This document shows, one piece after another, positions 35,737 to 47,155 of a stretch of 64,000 nt of DNA; the stretch's first letter is position 1, and every line of letters starts with the position of its first letter. A model generated the notes under the pieces. That model ran no database searches and was not told the DNA's origin. It saw only the letters and a list, made by a program, of their open reading frames with translations. The DNA lies in NCBI RefSeq assembly GCF_000315625.1, contig NW_005434667.1:1107061-1171060 (forward strand), in the 5' to 3' direction. This DNA comes from Guillardia theta CCMP2712 (lineage: Eukaryota > Protista > Cryptophyta). Both the position numbers and the translations under genes were made by a program.

Positions 35737-38700
35737 ATGCAAACATTAGTAGATGAATTCCTTGCAACCGCACAATCCTTCCCCGAACACAGCGCGATCG
35801 AGCTGGCCGATGGATTCAGCATCTCCTATCAGCATGTGAGCTCGCGATCAGATGTACGTCACGTGTGATCACACCTGACAGGTGAAGATGCTGGTTCTTC
35901 ATGCTGCATGGGTGTTGGCAAAGCATGGAGTGCAGCAGGAATATGCTATTGCGCTGACAGCCGACGAGGGTTTGACTATGGTGCTGAGCCAACTCGCAAT
36001 CCTTGTGGCAGGAGGCTATTTCGTTCCTCTCGACACGAAGCTGCCTCATGAGTGAGAATAAAGAACAACAACAAGATGGTTCAATGCCCACTGATTTGAT
36101 ACAGACGACTGCAATACATAATCCAAGATTGCAAGGCGAGACTGATTGTTTGTCATGATCAAAACATTGCCAAGGTTCTGCTTTCTTCAGATTGCTGTTT
36201 GTGCTGATACTTGAAACAGATCAACCAAGTCTTGGACGGATTGAAGGCTGGGGGTCAAACGAGTATGTCACCACCGACAGTCTTGTCGTGTAAAGAACTG
36301 TTTCCGGTGGACCTGGAGAGCTTAGTAGAGCTGTCGGGGTTCTTGTTGGGGATGTCAGCTGGTAGGCAACTAGCAACTTGTGATCTGCCAGTCACACAAG
36401 TAACTGCTCATCATCTCTGTTGGGTCTACTACACATCTGGCTCGACGGGTCGGCCCAAGGGAGTCTTGTGCGAGCACCGCAATGCGCTAGCCTACGTCCG
36501 GAACCACCCTTTCTACTCTGAGATGTCGGAGAGCGCAAGGAAACGAGGAGAGGAAAAGCGCAAGAGAATTCTGTGCGCCAGCGCTTTCACCTTCGACCCT
36601 TCTTCCGGGGATATCTTCGCTGCTCTGTGCCATGGCGACGTGCTCTGTCTTTCAAGCCGATCGAAGCTGATGGTAGACTTTGGTGAGACAATCCTGAGCT
36701 GTGGCGCGACCCATGTGTGTAGCACTCCCATCCTATGGCGGACCATCCAGGAGCCGGTAGACAAGTATACAGAGCTAGAGGTCGTTGCTCTTGGGGGGGA
36801 GGCGATGCCACGGGAGCTGGTGGAGAAGTGGGCAGATCGTGTTTGTCTGTTGAATGTTTACGGGACGACGGAAGCGACTGTCTACCAGACGATGAGGAAG
36901 ATGGAGGTCGGAGACAACCCGAGGATGATCGGCAGACCTCTGACTGGAGTTCTGGTGAAGGTGATCGGTGAGGATGGAGAGGAGGCTAAGGAAGGGGAGA
37001 CGGGCGAGTTGCATGTGGGAGGAGAGCAGGTATCGCGCGGTTATCTTGGACTACCTGAGTTGACTGAGAGCAAATTCTACTCGCAAGAAACAAGATTCTA
37101 CAGGACAGGAGATCTGTTCCGTGTACTTGGAAGTGACATGGAGTTCATCGGTCGTCTTGATTCACAAGTGAAGCTGATGGGAATGCGGGTAGAACTGGGA
37201 GAGGTAGAAGAATCGATCAAAGCAAGCGAGGTCGTGGTTGACACCGCTGTCTTGCTCGATGAGACCAAGACGTCTCTGTCTTGTGTATGCCAGCTGAAGG
37301 ACGAACTGAAAGATTTCAAAGACGACGATGTTGTCGAGAATGTGCTTCGTTCTCTTTGTAGTCGCATACTTCCCAAGGCTCTTTGTCCCAAGATTTACAA
37401 GTTCGTAGATCTTCTGCCGGTGTTGCCGACAGGAAAGCGCGACATTGTGACACTGAGGAAGCTTGTTAGCGAGGCCTCGCCTGTCCAGACGTCTGCGACT
37501 CATGGCTGGGTTCTGACAGAGATGGAGAGCAAAGTTGCGCATGTATGGAAGAGCGTCTTGGGGTTGAAAGAATCAGAAATATCTCCTCACGACGATTTCT
37601 TCCTTCTTGGAGGCGATTCTCTCGCAGCCCTGGCGGTCACTAAACGTCTCCTTCAATGGGAGCAGACAGGCTCTCTTGTAAGTTGCTTATTCATCCTGCC
37701 AGGTCTGAAGAATATCTCGGTGTAGGACGGAAACAAACCATTCCACTGGCCTGTTGACGGGGTCGTGCAAGGACCTTTATCTGTCAAATTCCTCCTCAAG
37801 CATTCGACTGTACGTGACTATAGTTCACACCTACAGGCATTTCAATATTTCTATTCACTCTCTTTCTGCAAAGACTGACCTCGATCTAGTCGTCAAGCGT
37901 CGTACTACCGTCGTCGGAGGCCGAAGGGAACATGTTGAAGAGAAAGTTTGAAGCTGAAAGCATCGAGTCAATGTTTTCTTGAGCATGCATTGACGTACAA
38001 CTGCTCACTGTCGTTGCAGGGACATGAGCCGAGGATATGAAAGTAGGGAAGAGAAGGAGGAGCTTTCAAGCTCAGCAAAGAAATCTATCAACTGCTTGTA
38101 TAAAGTAAGGCAGATCAACGTTACACAACCGATCTGACTGGTCGGTTGCAACAAGATTGCTCAGAAGGGCTGCTGGCTTCTAGCAGAAGTTCTGCTCCGA
38201 GACAAGCAAGTGAGACCGGATGGGTTCGTCACCAAGCATGTGAGTCGTTCAGAGCTTCGGATGGGATCTCACATTATCCCCCCGTCATCTCAGCATCCCG
38301 GGAATTCGCCGTTGCATCTTGCGGCAGCTTCTGGACACCTCGAGGTCCCTGAGAGCTCTCGCTCCCCTCGATGTGAAGGCGTTTGTAGGTTGTGAAGGCG
38401 CTGATCGAGGCAAACGCTTCTCTCAACATTGTGAACCCGGTTGGCTTCTTGCTTGCCGACGTCTAGATTTCATGGTTGACCTCACCAGGAACACGTGACC
38501 CCATTACACCTTGCTGCTGCCAACTGCGTCAAGACGCTCAAGGTGGTTCGTTCCTCTTTTGTTGACGCATCATGACGTATCGTCTCAGTACCTGCTGGAC
38601 TTGGGCGCTCCCGTAAGGTGCAAGGACGCAAACAAGCAGGTGGATCATGATGCTGTTGCCGTGTGAAGCGAGCTAAGTTGAACTCGTTGCAGACTGTGCT

Positions 38701-39052
38701 GCACTATGCTGCAAGGAGCGGCAACCTAGAGACTATCTCAGAGCTGCTGGCAAGAGGCTCCAAGGATCTTGATGCGTCCGATAAATGGAATCGACAGCCG
38801 CTACACTGGGCGATCCTCAACGAGCATGCAGATGCCGTGGAGCTCCTGCTGAGAAATGGTGCGAAGCGAGAACCTCCGCTCATCCCGGATCGCGTGCACA
38901 GGTCGTAGTGATGATTGTGAAGTGTCGAACTGACTCCAGCTGGTGCACTCAGGAGGAGGACAAGCTTGAAGGCAGAAGGACCTGTCGAACTCTCGCGACG
39001 ACTCTTCCCCCCCGATCACAGAATCAACCTTCTTCTTGAGAGCTTCAAGTAA
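35737..39052 (+). CDS. Monomodular NRPS-like protein: adenylation + carrier (PCP) + ankyrin repeats, multi-exon
   Basis: YTSGSTGRPKG, FDPS, NVYGTTE, GELHVGG..RGY, YRTGD, GRLDSQVKLMGMRVELGEVE, PTGK; PCP FFLLGGDSL (Ser 37618-37620); ankyrins SPLHLAAASGH, TPLHLAA, TVLHYAARSGN, QPLHWA. Confidence 0.88.
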
Positions 39053-39219
39053 CCTCAATAAAGTTTCTATTCTGCGCATCACTATGCAGCTAGCATGAGT
39101 TGAGTCAGTTAGTTCAGTAGGATAGAGAGGCGCTCGGGCAGACTTCCAAACCCTAGACTAGGTAGTGTATGTCTGGGTGAAAGGAATTTTTGACTTTTTT
39201 TTCCCCTCCCCGACGGATC

Positions 39220-40945
39220 ATGGCAGCGGAGAAAGCGCGATGGCTTGCTCGTCTGGGCTGTCTGATAGCAGCACAGCAAGAGGAAGAGGAAGCGAGTCAG
39301 TCAGACAGCGAGCAGAAGGTCAGCCTGTCAAGCAGCAGCGAAATCAAGTACGTGAGGGCGATGCATCGGGCACAGAAGCAATCCACTGAGTTGTTGAGGA
39401 CCTTGTTTCATGCCGTCGTGAATCAGCGTAATGCTGATGAAGGTGTTTTGCTGGAGGAATGTCTGCAGGTCCCGAGACATTGTTGTTGACGATTCTAGTT
39501 TCTGCCATTCACCTGATGTACAGGCTTATGACGAGATTGAACGAGCACGAAATCAGATCAAGGTTGAAGCAGACCAAGTTTATTTGAACCTGTTCTCTTC
39601 AATCCTCTCCGAAATCGAACGATTTGCAGTCACCAATCACTCAACATCTCAACAAGACGGCAACGAGATAGGAAAGATCGTCTTATCTCTGGTAGTACAA
39701 AACATCCAAGTTCTTTCCCGATGATTGCTGCAGAACATCATGGATACCGCCAACATATTTGATGCATGTTTGGAACAAGAAATAGCATGCGGCATAAAAC
39801 CACAAATTTCTGATGTAATCCTTCACCTTCTCCACTCTCGCTTACCCGCGTTTTACAGTCTGGAAACGTGGAAATCGAGAACAGTGTCAGACGTACCTGC
39901 TGATAAGCTCTTCTTCAGACTAACACTTGGCATATTGACAGGCCTTGGTTCACTTCTAATCGAGTCCAAGAGTCAGCATCGTCTGGTTGAAGACATGTTG
40001 TGGGAAGAACGAGTACAGCTTCATAGTTCTCATATCTTCAAAGCTAACAAAGTAGTGCAGGCCAAGTGCGAAAAATTGGAGTCCAGGCTCCGCAACTTGC
40101 AGCATCGTTGTACTTCTTTAGAGCGCAAGTTCCAAATCTCGAAAGAGAGCGGAAGGGACGATGGAAGTCTCAGTTGTTCTGAAGATAACACATTCCAAGG
40201 ATTTCAGAGCCCTGGCGAGGATTTCAGCAATATCCTACCTAGTCACGAGTCGCTGACACCAACCAAGTTTGACAACCTTGGAGCATCCAGCACTCTACAG
40301 GAGCATGTCAACCAGCATTTCAATAAGTACCCCAGCGACAAAATAGAAGACTTGCAAACGTCTGCACAAGAGCATACTGGATCGAATCTGCATCCTCTCA
40401 CACACAACAGCGTCGTCGTTGACACTGCAGAGGATAGCGCAACTGACGTTTCTCCTCAAAAATCTTTTGCTTCAATTCTGAAAGACTTCAGAAGATTATC
40501 AGGAAAGGAGCCCAAGAAAGCAGAACAAGAGCAGGATCCCTCCGAAGTGGAATTACGACAGATTTTTGGGATCAGGTTGTCACAATCATATCCCTTCACA
40601 ATAGAAGAAGCGCAGTCGGAACACGTGAAGCATACTCTGCCGGTAATGCAATCAAGGGCGAATGATTGTTTTACTATGGTACAGGCTGGTAGCATTCTTG
40701 TAGGCATCAATGGCAAACGAACTAAACAGATGGCTCGCAAAGAAGTCCTTCAACACTTTCTGCAAGGAGATGTCGTACTGCAGGTATGCTTCATTAACAA
40801 GGCTGGATTCTCATTCCTCACTCAGGTGCTGTCAAGCAACAACGACGTCGTCAGCTCTCGCATGGTTAAACCACCTTTTGCAGACAAGCCGCGTCACGTT
40901 TGGGCGTATAGCATACATTTGATGCGTGAAAACAGTTTAGAATGA
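39220..40945 (+). CDS. Coiled-coil protein with C-terminal PDZ-like domain
   Basis: Long exon 39725-40945; IFGIRL...VQAGSILVGINGKRTKQMARKEVLQ resembles PDZ. Confidence 0.6.
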
Positions 40946-41114
40946 AGTCCATCTCAAGAAACCAGCAATCAAGATAATTTCAAATACAGAACTGCTTTAT
41001 TCTTCTCAGCCTACAGGGGTACAGATTACAAGTTTACTTGTACCTGCAATGAAAGAATCTCAGAAGAAAAATCATCCAATGCAACAGCTACCAGAAGTTT
41101 TGCTTCTTGGAAAA

Positions 41115-41400
41115 TCCAGTGGTGTGGGTAGGGTTCATGTCTCCACCATTGACTCCGTCCACACGATGGTAGAAGGCATAGCCGTTGTCGTTGCCACTGG
41201 GCCACTTATGTATAGTCAAACATTTGCATCATGACAAAGAGGAAGAAACTCACGAAGTCGAGATCTTCCGTGGTTCTAACGTTAGCGAAAGTCTGCAACA
41301 CCTGAAACATCTAACAAAGCTGTCAAGCGATCGAGACAAGGAACCGCAACACTACTTGAAATCATCTCTGATCGGACTAGCATGCTCCATTGACATGTAT
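41115..41400 (-). CDS. Small hypothetical spliced protein
   Basis: Terminal exon GNDNGYAFYHRVDGVNGGDMNPTHTTGFSKKQNFW*; start unresolved. Confidence 0.3.
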
Positions 41401-41629
41401 CAACTAGGAGGTGCAAGGAGCAATGCAAACACAGAGCACTGACTAGACTCCCAGCATCATGGGGGACATTCGCAGGAGTGCGCTTCTACTTCTATCACAC
41501 GGTCTCGCTGCAGACATGGCATCGACTGTTCTATTTCCGGAGTCAAAAAAATTTCAAGAAACTAGACCGCATCCCCACTCAAGATGGATACTACTGCCAG
41601 GCACCTGACTGCCAGGCTTGAGCTCAGGG

Positions 41630-41940
41630 CAGAGCTCAGGGTGCGTGCCGCCGGGCCAATCGCCGGGAGTGCGGTGACCGACAGCCTCGGGCCCGGCTGC
41701 TCCGATCGGACTCACGACCCGCCGGGCCTCTACAAGACGGTTTCGAGGCTCTGATCGTCACGCTCAGCCTCAGCCGGGCGCTCCGATAGCGCACAGATTG
41801 GCGGCAGCATCGCGCCGATCGTCGATCATGGTCACACAGTACTACAACGGTGGGGGGCCGCTGGCCATCAGCTGGACGATAGTTCAAGGGCTTGACTCCT
41901 GGACAGCTGCGCCCGGCTCGGTACGCTGATCAGCTTGTAG
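41630..41940. repeat. GC-rich degenerate CCGG/GGCC-rich tract
   Basis: Composition similar to 59280-59720 and 27800-27840. Confidence 0.4.
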
Positions 41941-42897
41941 CCCCGACTGGCACGATGAAAAGAAAACAAGAACTATGAAGTACCAGCGCAGATTTCGCAC
42001 GGCAGAGTTGAATTGATTCACAACTTGATTCCGCTCCTTTATTCCCTTTCGTTTTCCCATCGCTATACCGACACGGCAGTGGACTTTCCTAGTTGTGTGC
42101 AGCATCTGCTTATCATACATACAACACGAATCGTTTTCACAGCATGGCAAAGCAGCAGATTAGCTGCACCTGAGAATGAGGTCAGAACCTACTTCGAGGG
42201 CACAAATGCTGTTTCACATTGAAGGAAATCCAGGTTGATAGTCGGTGTTTACTGTGACAGTTGTATCGATAGTTCCGACCTGGTGAAAGACTTACGAGAC
42301 AAACCATCGCACTCCAGGCTTACTGCTGGCTCGTTCCATAGATCAGTGTCTCCGCTGACCTGTCAATAGCAACTTGAGGGATACGGAAAAGTCGGAAGAG
42401 CAAGGTCACCTCTGATTCCGTGATTGGCTGTCTTCTATCGGCCATGGCATCGCACGCTCCTGAACCTCAAGTAAGGTCGTCCGTATAGATCAACATAGAT
42501 CTTTGAGCGAGTCAAAATCACCAAAAGCATCGACGGTCATGAGTGACTGCAACTTCCTCACGATGCCAAACTGTTGTATTGGTTTCAGCTGATTGATCGA
42601 AGAGCATGCGCCAAGATACATGCAATCGAAGCAGGTTTACATGTGCGAAGATATCAAGGTAATGACGCAAGACCAAGGACAATCAAACAAAGACATCATC
42701 GCTGTGACGAACAAACATGATAAGTTTAGTGTTCCTATCGTGAGTTCATCAAGAGGTTTCAAGGCAAACAAGTATTCTATTCTAATGGAGTTCAACATAT
42801 CAACACGGGTAAGGATCATATTTGTCATGAAAGAATATCTTTTCCCAGCAAGAATGCTCCATAAATTTCATTTGTTCGGCAGAGTATCGCTCACCAT
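41884..42897 (-). CDS. Hypothetical protein, multi-exon
   Basis: Several short exons bounded by gt/ag; no recognisable domain. Confidence 0.3.
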
Positions 42898-43103
42898 GGC
42901 TCCCGATTTGGACAGAAACGGAAATGTAACCGAGAACTCGTTGTCAACGGTAAAGTAACTGAAATCGTTGACAAAACAACGAGTCAAAGGGTGGGGTGGT
43001 TGATTATTTTAAGGGGTATGTTTCTGGTCAATGATAGGGGTGATATGGTACCTTATGGTTGGTGGGGTGGCCAGGGGAGATGGGGGTGGAGAGAGCAACG
43101 GAC

Positions 43104-44501
43104 ATGGCGGGGGTCGATGGTGGTGATCGGCCATGCTGGCGGCTGCAGATGCACCGGAGAGGAGAAGATGTGCCAGATCCGCATGGTCCTCCTTCATGGC
43201 CGAGACGACCTCCTGACATGGGAGGGTTCCTGTCATCGATTGAAGGAACTGAGCGGAGAGGGAGGAAGCATTTGTACGATCCGCCATCAGGATATGTGAG
43301 TGCTCCTTTATATCCCTTCATCTGCACACTCCCGCATAATCCTTGCTCTGCAACCCAAAACAGAAGTCTATCTACTTCCTTTTTTTTGCCTATTAACGAG
43401 TGCTTGCCGCCTCTCACGTTTCTCATCAGATGCCGCCAATCAACAGGGAACAGGTCTGGAAGTCGACGAGCAAGTTTGTGCAAGAACCGAATAGAATCAG
43501 CAACCAGAAGACAGGCAGAAAGTTTGTGGAAAATGTGAGTATCACTCAATTGGCTTTGCTTCTTCCTTGAAGTCTGATCATATCACACAGTTTGCTCAAC
43601 AGAATCGGGTTGAAGATTTGGGTTGGACTGGTAACTTCAACAACTACACGGGCCCTCGCCACTATGATCCAAAGCCGACGACTCTTCATCCTGATGACAA
43701 ATCCAAGTCTTTCTATGTAGAAAACATGATGGGAACGAAGAAGGTGGTCCTCTCGAAGGATATGGGATTGAAACTGTACTACGACGATGGGGAAAGGCGG
43801 TGCGAAAGACCAGCCACGGAGTGGTCTCTTGAATCACTGATACAGCGAAAGATTAGAGTCCCAGATCTTGAAGATAGACGAAATGGCATCGGAGTTGCAA
43901 ATCCTGGCGACAAAGGTTATGGGACAGCGGATCATGCGCCCGAGTATGCAGCCATGTTGTTGGAAGAGAACATGAGAAGGGGAAACATGTCTAGAAAGGT
44001 GATGAGTACCATAGGAAAGTCCTGGTCGCAGTCATCTTCCGATGTGAACTTGGATAAGAAGGGACGCAGAATGAGCGATTACATTCAGATCTACTGCAAA
44101 ACTCCTTACCGGAAGAACTCCATGTACATTCATCGAAATGCAACGACCAGCGAAATAGCGGATCTGGCGGGAGGTAATGCCATGCCCTTGTTTGTTTCGT
44201 TTGTGTAATGTGTATCCTTGAGAAATCTTGTACTGAAACGTTCATGACAGAGGGAGGATCTCGGAAATTTCATATTCTTTTCAAGGGCAAGATAGTCCAA
44301 CCACATCATCGTCTACTAGAGCTGGGAATTCGTGCCAAGAGCACCGTCGAGCTGATCCTCGAGCCCGAGCCGACTGAGCACAAGATGACATACGTTGAGA
44401 AAGAGAACCTGCGGAGGATTGAGGAAGATGTAGAGACAGTTAAGGAGCTGACAGCAGCAGAGTCAAGATTTCCAACGTCCCAGGAAGAGAAAGAGGACTG
44501 A
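43104..44501 (+). CDS. SPATS1/SASRP1-like protein with ubiquitin-like domain, multi-exon
   Basis: RRNGIGVANPGDKGY..HAPEY resembles the SPATS1 core; IQIYCKT...ILFKGKIV..HRLLELGIRAKSTVELIL is Ubl-like. Confidence 0.6.
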
Positions 44502-44642
44502 TAGAGTACATATAATTGATGATTTGGTTTAGTTAATCACAGCTCTTTGAATCTACATGGCAGTGTAAAATATGTCCAGTAATGTTTCACGGGATCCTAA
44601 TGTCCGTTAGAATGTGATTTAGTAACCGGGCCTGAGTGGAAG

Positions 44643-45960
44643 TCAGTTGCCTGGAAAGGATAACAGGGATTCCCTTGCCTGTGCAGGAGTCAAATTCAGA
44701 CGATCTGCAGTCTGATGCAGATTCGAAAATGACGTGCCGTCGATTTGCAACGCATCGTCAATCTGTAAATCGCTTATAAGCCACTGCAGGAAACTTTTTG
44801 TTTGTGCAGAACTCCACGAGAGAATCTGCAAGAAAGATCAAGGTGCAATCGTGGCAAACGACAAGCGTAACCTCTGGAGGTAGATACGGCCACGGAATGA
44901 CTCGCGATGATCGATACGCTCTTGATGACTCCTCCTGTATCTCCTCCTCGCCTGATGTTGAAGGTTCGGCAGCGGTGTTGAGAAGAAGTTTTAGAAACAG
45001 ATAAGTCTCGTTCGATTTGACTTGCGAGAAAGGCATCTTGTATTTTCGCTTGACAATGAGCTCAAGCTTGTCAGAGTATGATGATTTGATTGTCGATTTG
45101 ATTATGTTCATGCTTTCCTGCCACCTGAATGACACAACCATGAGTTTCTTCTCCTCCTGACCAAAAGCTCACCTCCTGTTGACCAGGCATTCAGCATTGA
45201 CCGCCACGAGCTCGTCGCGCAATCTGAATGGTACATCCTCGTCCAGCACATGGAGAATCGGTTGAACTTTCTTCACAAGAATTGCCATTCTGTGTGATGT
45301 GGAGGTGATAGGTTCAATTTTTGATGTCGGCGACGTTCTAAACCCCTCAGGTGCTACTTCACAGCAAGTAGAGATCTGATTAAGCCCAACAGTGATTCCT
45401 AGCTCGCTGATCAACTCCTTGGCCGTCTCATCATCCGAGCTGCTATGATGCTGCTCATCAAGTGAATGTCTGTACGATGGTTGAGTTTCAATGACTGTTG
45501 CTGGAGTGTCCTCCGAGTTCGCGGATTTTTCCTTGCTGTACATTCCAGGGAGTGAGAAGAACGAGATGGTTTGAATAGGAGCCATACCGGTTTTGTGCGA
45601 TAAACTCTTCCGAAGTCAATAGGATCTTCTTTTGGCGCCGGACTTTGGAAGTAGCAAGGTAATATTTTACCTGTCGAGATGCATTATTATTAGTGCAGAT
45701 TCAAGAAAACAGCAAAGGTGTAAGTTAAAAAATTCCACCCTCTCCGAGGCATCAACATCTTCTTCTGTCTAACATTGAGATATGTTTGAGAGGTGTGCAT
45801 CCTTATTGTCTTTGGATCTCAACATCAAACCTTTCTTCTTTCCTGCTCCATCGCAATCATCACAATGCTTACCACGTCCTTCATGTGGTCGCCATCTTGT
45901 GTCGTTCCCCCAGAAAGGGTGTTGAGGGTGGGGTAGCATCGACACCCGTTTGGATGACAT
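44643..45960 (-). CDS. Hypothetical protein with PDZ-like segment, multi-exon
   Basis: ILVKKVQ...LRDELVAVNAECL...MNIIKS...LELIVKR; start uncertain. Confidence 0.45.
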
Positions 45961-46287
45961 TGGTCGTTGCGGAAATGTACCGGGTACAAGAAATAAACTA
46001 CCCTACCCTCGGATTGCTTGCATCGGTGATTGAGATTCAATCGGGGGACAAGACAGTCGCAACACCTTGACTGATATCCTTGGGGTCGATTATTTCTGCC
46101 CCAAATTCTTGACTATGTCTTGCTCTGAGGTGAACTTAGCACCAGCACCCAACAGCAGCGATCTTGTCAAGGTTTTTACTGAGTCTTGAAGCGAGTCTTG
46201 AAGCGAGTCTTGACTAGTTTGACTTGTTTAATCTCCATCATGACAATAAATAAAACATCAGGTTTCGTCGCATGTCAACGTGACACA

Positions 46288-47107
46288 TCAATCATCATCA
46301 TCATCATCGGAATTGTCTGAGACCGATGTGTCTGACAACGTCACCGAAGTGACCGAAGTGACCGAAGTCGCTGATAAAGTATCTTGTGACTCCTCCTCCT
46401 CAGCCTCCACCTCCTTCTCCGCGGTTTCTTCAGATGTCAATGCGCATGATTTCGCCATTTCCTCCCTCGGTGATGGTCTGCAGGGCAGATGAGAACGAGC
46501 TTGTATCGGAGATCACTCACCTGATTGTTGGATCAGAGTTCTCAACAAACGTTTCGTTGTCCACGAAGTTGTGCAGGTATGACAAGACGTCGTAGGCCGC
46601 TGCGCTGGCATCCCTGCAGGCATGCATGAGCGCTACATCCCACACAGCCGGCGCGTACGCAGGAGAGGAGGGGTCCAAGGAGACTTGAATGTAAACTTCG
46701 ATCACCCGGGAGTTTGCGATCTCTCGGAAGGAGTTGACGGTGTAGTCCTCATAGCAGAACTCCGGAGAGCTGTTGGGGGACAACAATCAAATCATCGGAG
46801 AGAAGAGGTCGCAGGTCGCAGCGGGAAGAGGAGGAGGGGTTCAGTGAAGTGATGAGCTACCTGCAGTGCAAGCAGACGGTGGAGATGGCTCTTGCTCCCT
46901 CCTGTCTGAGCTGGTAGGGCCCCGTGAGGCAAAGGGAGATCACTGCGCTCAACCCCCCTCGCTCCAGCACGTATCGCACAGTCTGCGGCTCTCCGCCGTA
47001 GATGACCGCGGCGATGGTTCGCATGCCCTGGAAGGTGAGGATGAGGGGGGCAGGAGTAGAGAAGTAGAGAGAGAGAGAGAGAGAAAGAAGTAGAGAGAGA
47101 GAGAGAG

Positions 47108-47155
<48 letters not shown>

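Noticed and set aside
35279-35773. ORF with CLRCG zinc-ribbon-like motif
   Set aside because: A single CxxC within microsatellite-driven open frames; no support for a gene model
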